From NCBI GenBank assembly GCA_964016885.1, contig CAXHJY010000847.1:1-31254 (forward strand): a DNA stretch of 31,254 bases. Reading direction: 5' to 3'. Positions 27,369-31,254 of this stretch are shown here, piece after piece. A program made the translations under genes and the position numbers. Every line of letters begins with the position of its first letter. The first letter of the stretch is position 1. Below the pieces are notes generated by a model. It did no database searches and had not been told where the DNA came from. It saw nothing but the letters and a program-made list of their open reading frames with translations. The DNA is from Eledone cirrhosa. Taxonomy: Eukaryota.

Positions 27369-27556
27369 GGCGGTGGATTGGCAGTATCGGTAGAGGGTCG
27401 GATGCCATGCTTTGAAGCATAGAGTTACCTCCCTGTATGATCTGAGTTCAAATCCCGCCGAGGTTAACTTTATTTTATCGACCCCTGGAAGGATGAAAGA
27501 CAAAGTACCAGTAATGCACTGGGTAATTGCTGGCCTTGTGCCAAAAGTAGAAACAG
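27369..27556 (+). mobile_element. Near full-length tRNA-derived SINE
   Basis: A box TGGCAGTATCGG, B box GAGTTCAAATCC, tail GGCCTTGTGCCAAAAGTAGAAAC. Confidence 0.85.
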
Positions 27557-27775
27557 TTATAATTTATACCAAAGATGTTTAACTATAAATTATACCCTCT
27601 CAATGGTTACCTGTTAATATCATTACATCTTTGCCAGTTTTCTCGTTCTCTTCCTCCACCTGAAAGCCTCTTTAAATAGTTTTTGTTATTATTTAAAAGG
27701 CAATAACATGTTAAAATATCTTTAAATACATCTTATGTAACACAAATATGTATATATATTATATATGTATATATA

Positions 27776-27817
<42 letters not shown>

Positions 27818-28275
27818 CATACAGACACATATCTATCTTTAAACACATTTATGTAACAAAAAGAGTGTTATATATATAACACATATATACATATCTATCT
27901 TTAAATAAAAATGTATATAATTTCTAAGTCTTAATGTTTTGTTTTAAATTCAATTTTCTTGTTTCTTTAAAGACTTGCCTGTATTACACTCTAACTGATG
28001 TGAACTATTCTAAGGCTGGCCCTATAGACAATCTATTGTTTGTTCTACTATTCTACATTCTAAATACATGTCTCAATAATGGAGAACTTCCTAACCTTGG
28101 GCTATGGACCCTATCAAACAACATTACTTCAAAGACGCTTCAGAAGACCTTCATTTCATAACAAGTCTAATAATTAATTTAGACAAAAAAACCCAGCAAT
28201 TTGAAGTTGAGAGGGGAAGTCGATTAAGTCGACATCCCCAGTATATATAAATATTTATATATATATATATTTATA

Positions 28276-28462
28276 TGAATTAGTTTAGCGAGGTTTTTTA
28301 TATGAAATCGTGTGTCGAAACAATGGCAACTTGAGGACCGAGTAAGTTAGATCGCAGATATAAAAGACAGCGAGAAGCGAAAACCAACCAAACAGTGAGT
28401 GTGTTCTGTTATTAATTCTGGCAATATTACGCAAATATGACCCTCCCCAAGTATAACAATAT
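28276..28462 (-). mobile_element. Family E-related element: inverted arm joined directly to tail
   Basis: 28276-28323 resembles 2459-2508 (tail, minus); 28325-28462 ends GACCCTCCCCAAGTATAACAATAT like 11452-11475. Confidence 0.72.
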
Positions 28463-28488
28463 ATATTTATATGTATATATATATATAT

Positions 28489-28647
28489 GTTCCAAGGCTC
28501 TTAAACCATCAACACCAAAATCTAGGGGTAAATAAAGGATTATGAGTTGATACAATTGACTTATGTTTCGTCACTATTATAACTCCGGAATCTATATCTT
28601 CATTGAGTGTTCCCTATCCGCATTTTACCAACACTCTTTCGCTTACA
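28489..28647 (+). mobile_element. Family D PLE-like element: inverted hammerhead 3' half + tail
   Basis: Minus strand GTGAC GAAA C-ataa-G TC at 28574-28558; plus strand ACTC CGGA..TTCA TT GAGT at 28582-28608; single copy. Confidence 0.5.

Positions 28648-31254
<2,607 letters not shown>

Overview
Extremely AT-rich eukaryotic repeat DNA with no intact gene. The SINE and RTE content looks like a coleoid cephalopod (Octopus-like); this is an inference. About half the window is kilobase-scale interrupted (TA)n arrays, and nearly all listed ORFs are microsatellite artefacts. Embedded in the (TA)n tracts are about 20 short non-coding elements from at least 7 sequence-unrelated families (labelled A-H here). 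They share one architecture: an inverted arm starting at a TA microhomology, a direct arm carrying a type I hammerhead ribozyme or its 3' half, and a 45-95 nt unique tail running into (TA)n. This is the signature of non-autonomous Penelope-like retroelements (PLEs). Most families also share a covarying bulged hairpin (ACTC-stem-loop-stem-UU-GAGU) in the tail, which I do not recognise as described. Also present are fragments of three RTE-clade LINE lineages (one with a C4HC3 PHD-type finger inside the RT domain), tRNA-derived SINEs, two TTAA/piggyBac-like MITEs and several minisatellites. The first ~9 kb carries a direct plus inverted segmental duplication that may be an assembly artefact. All pairings were read by eye; no folding program or database search was run.
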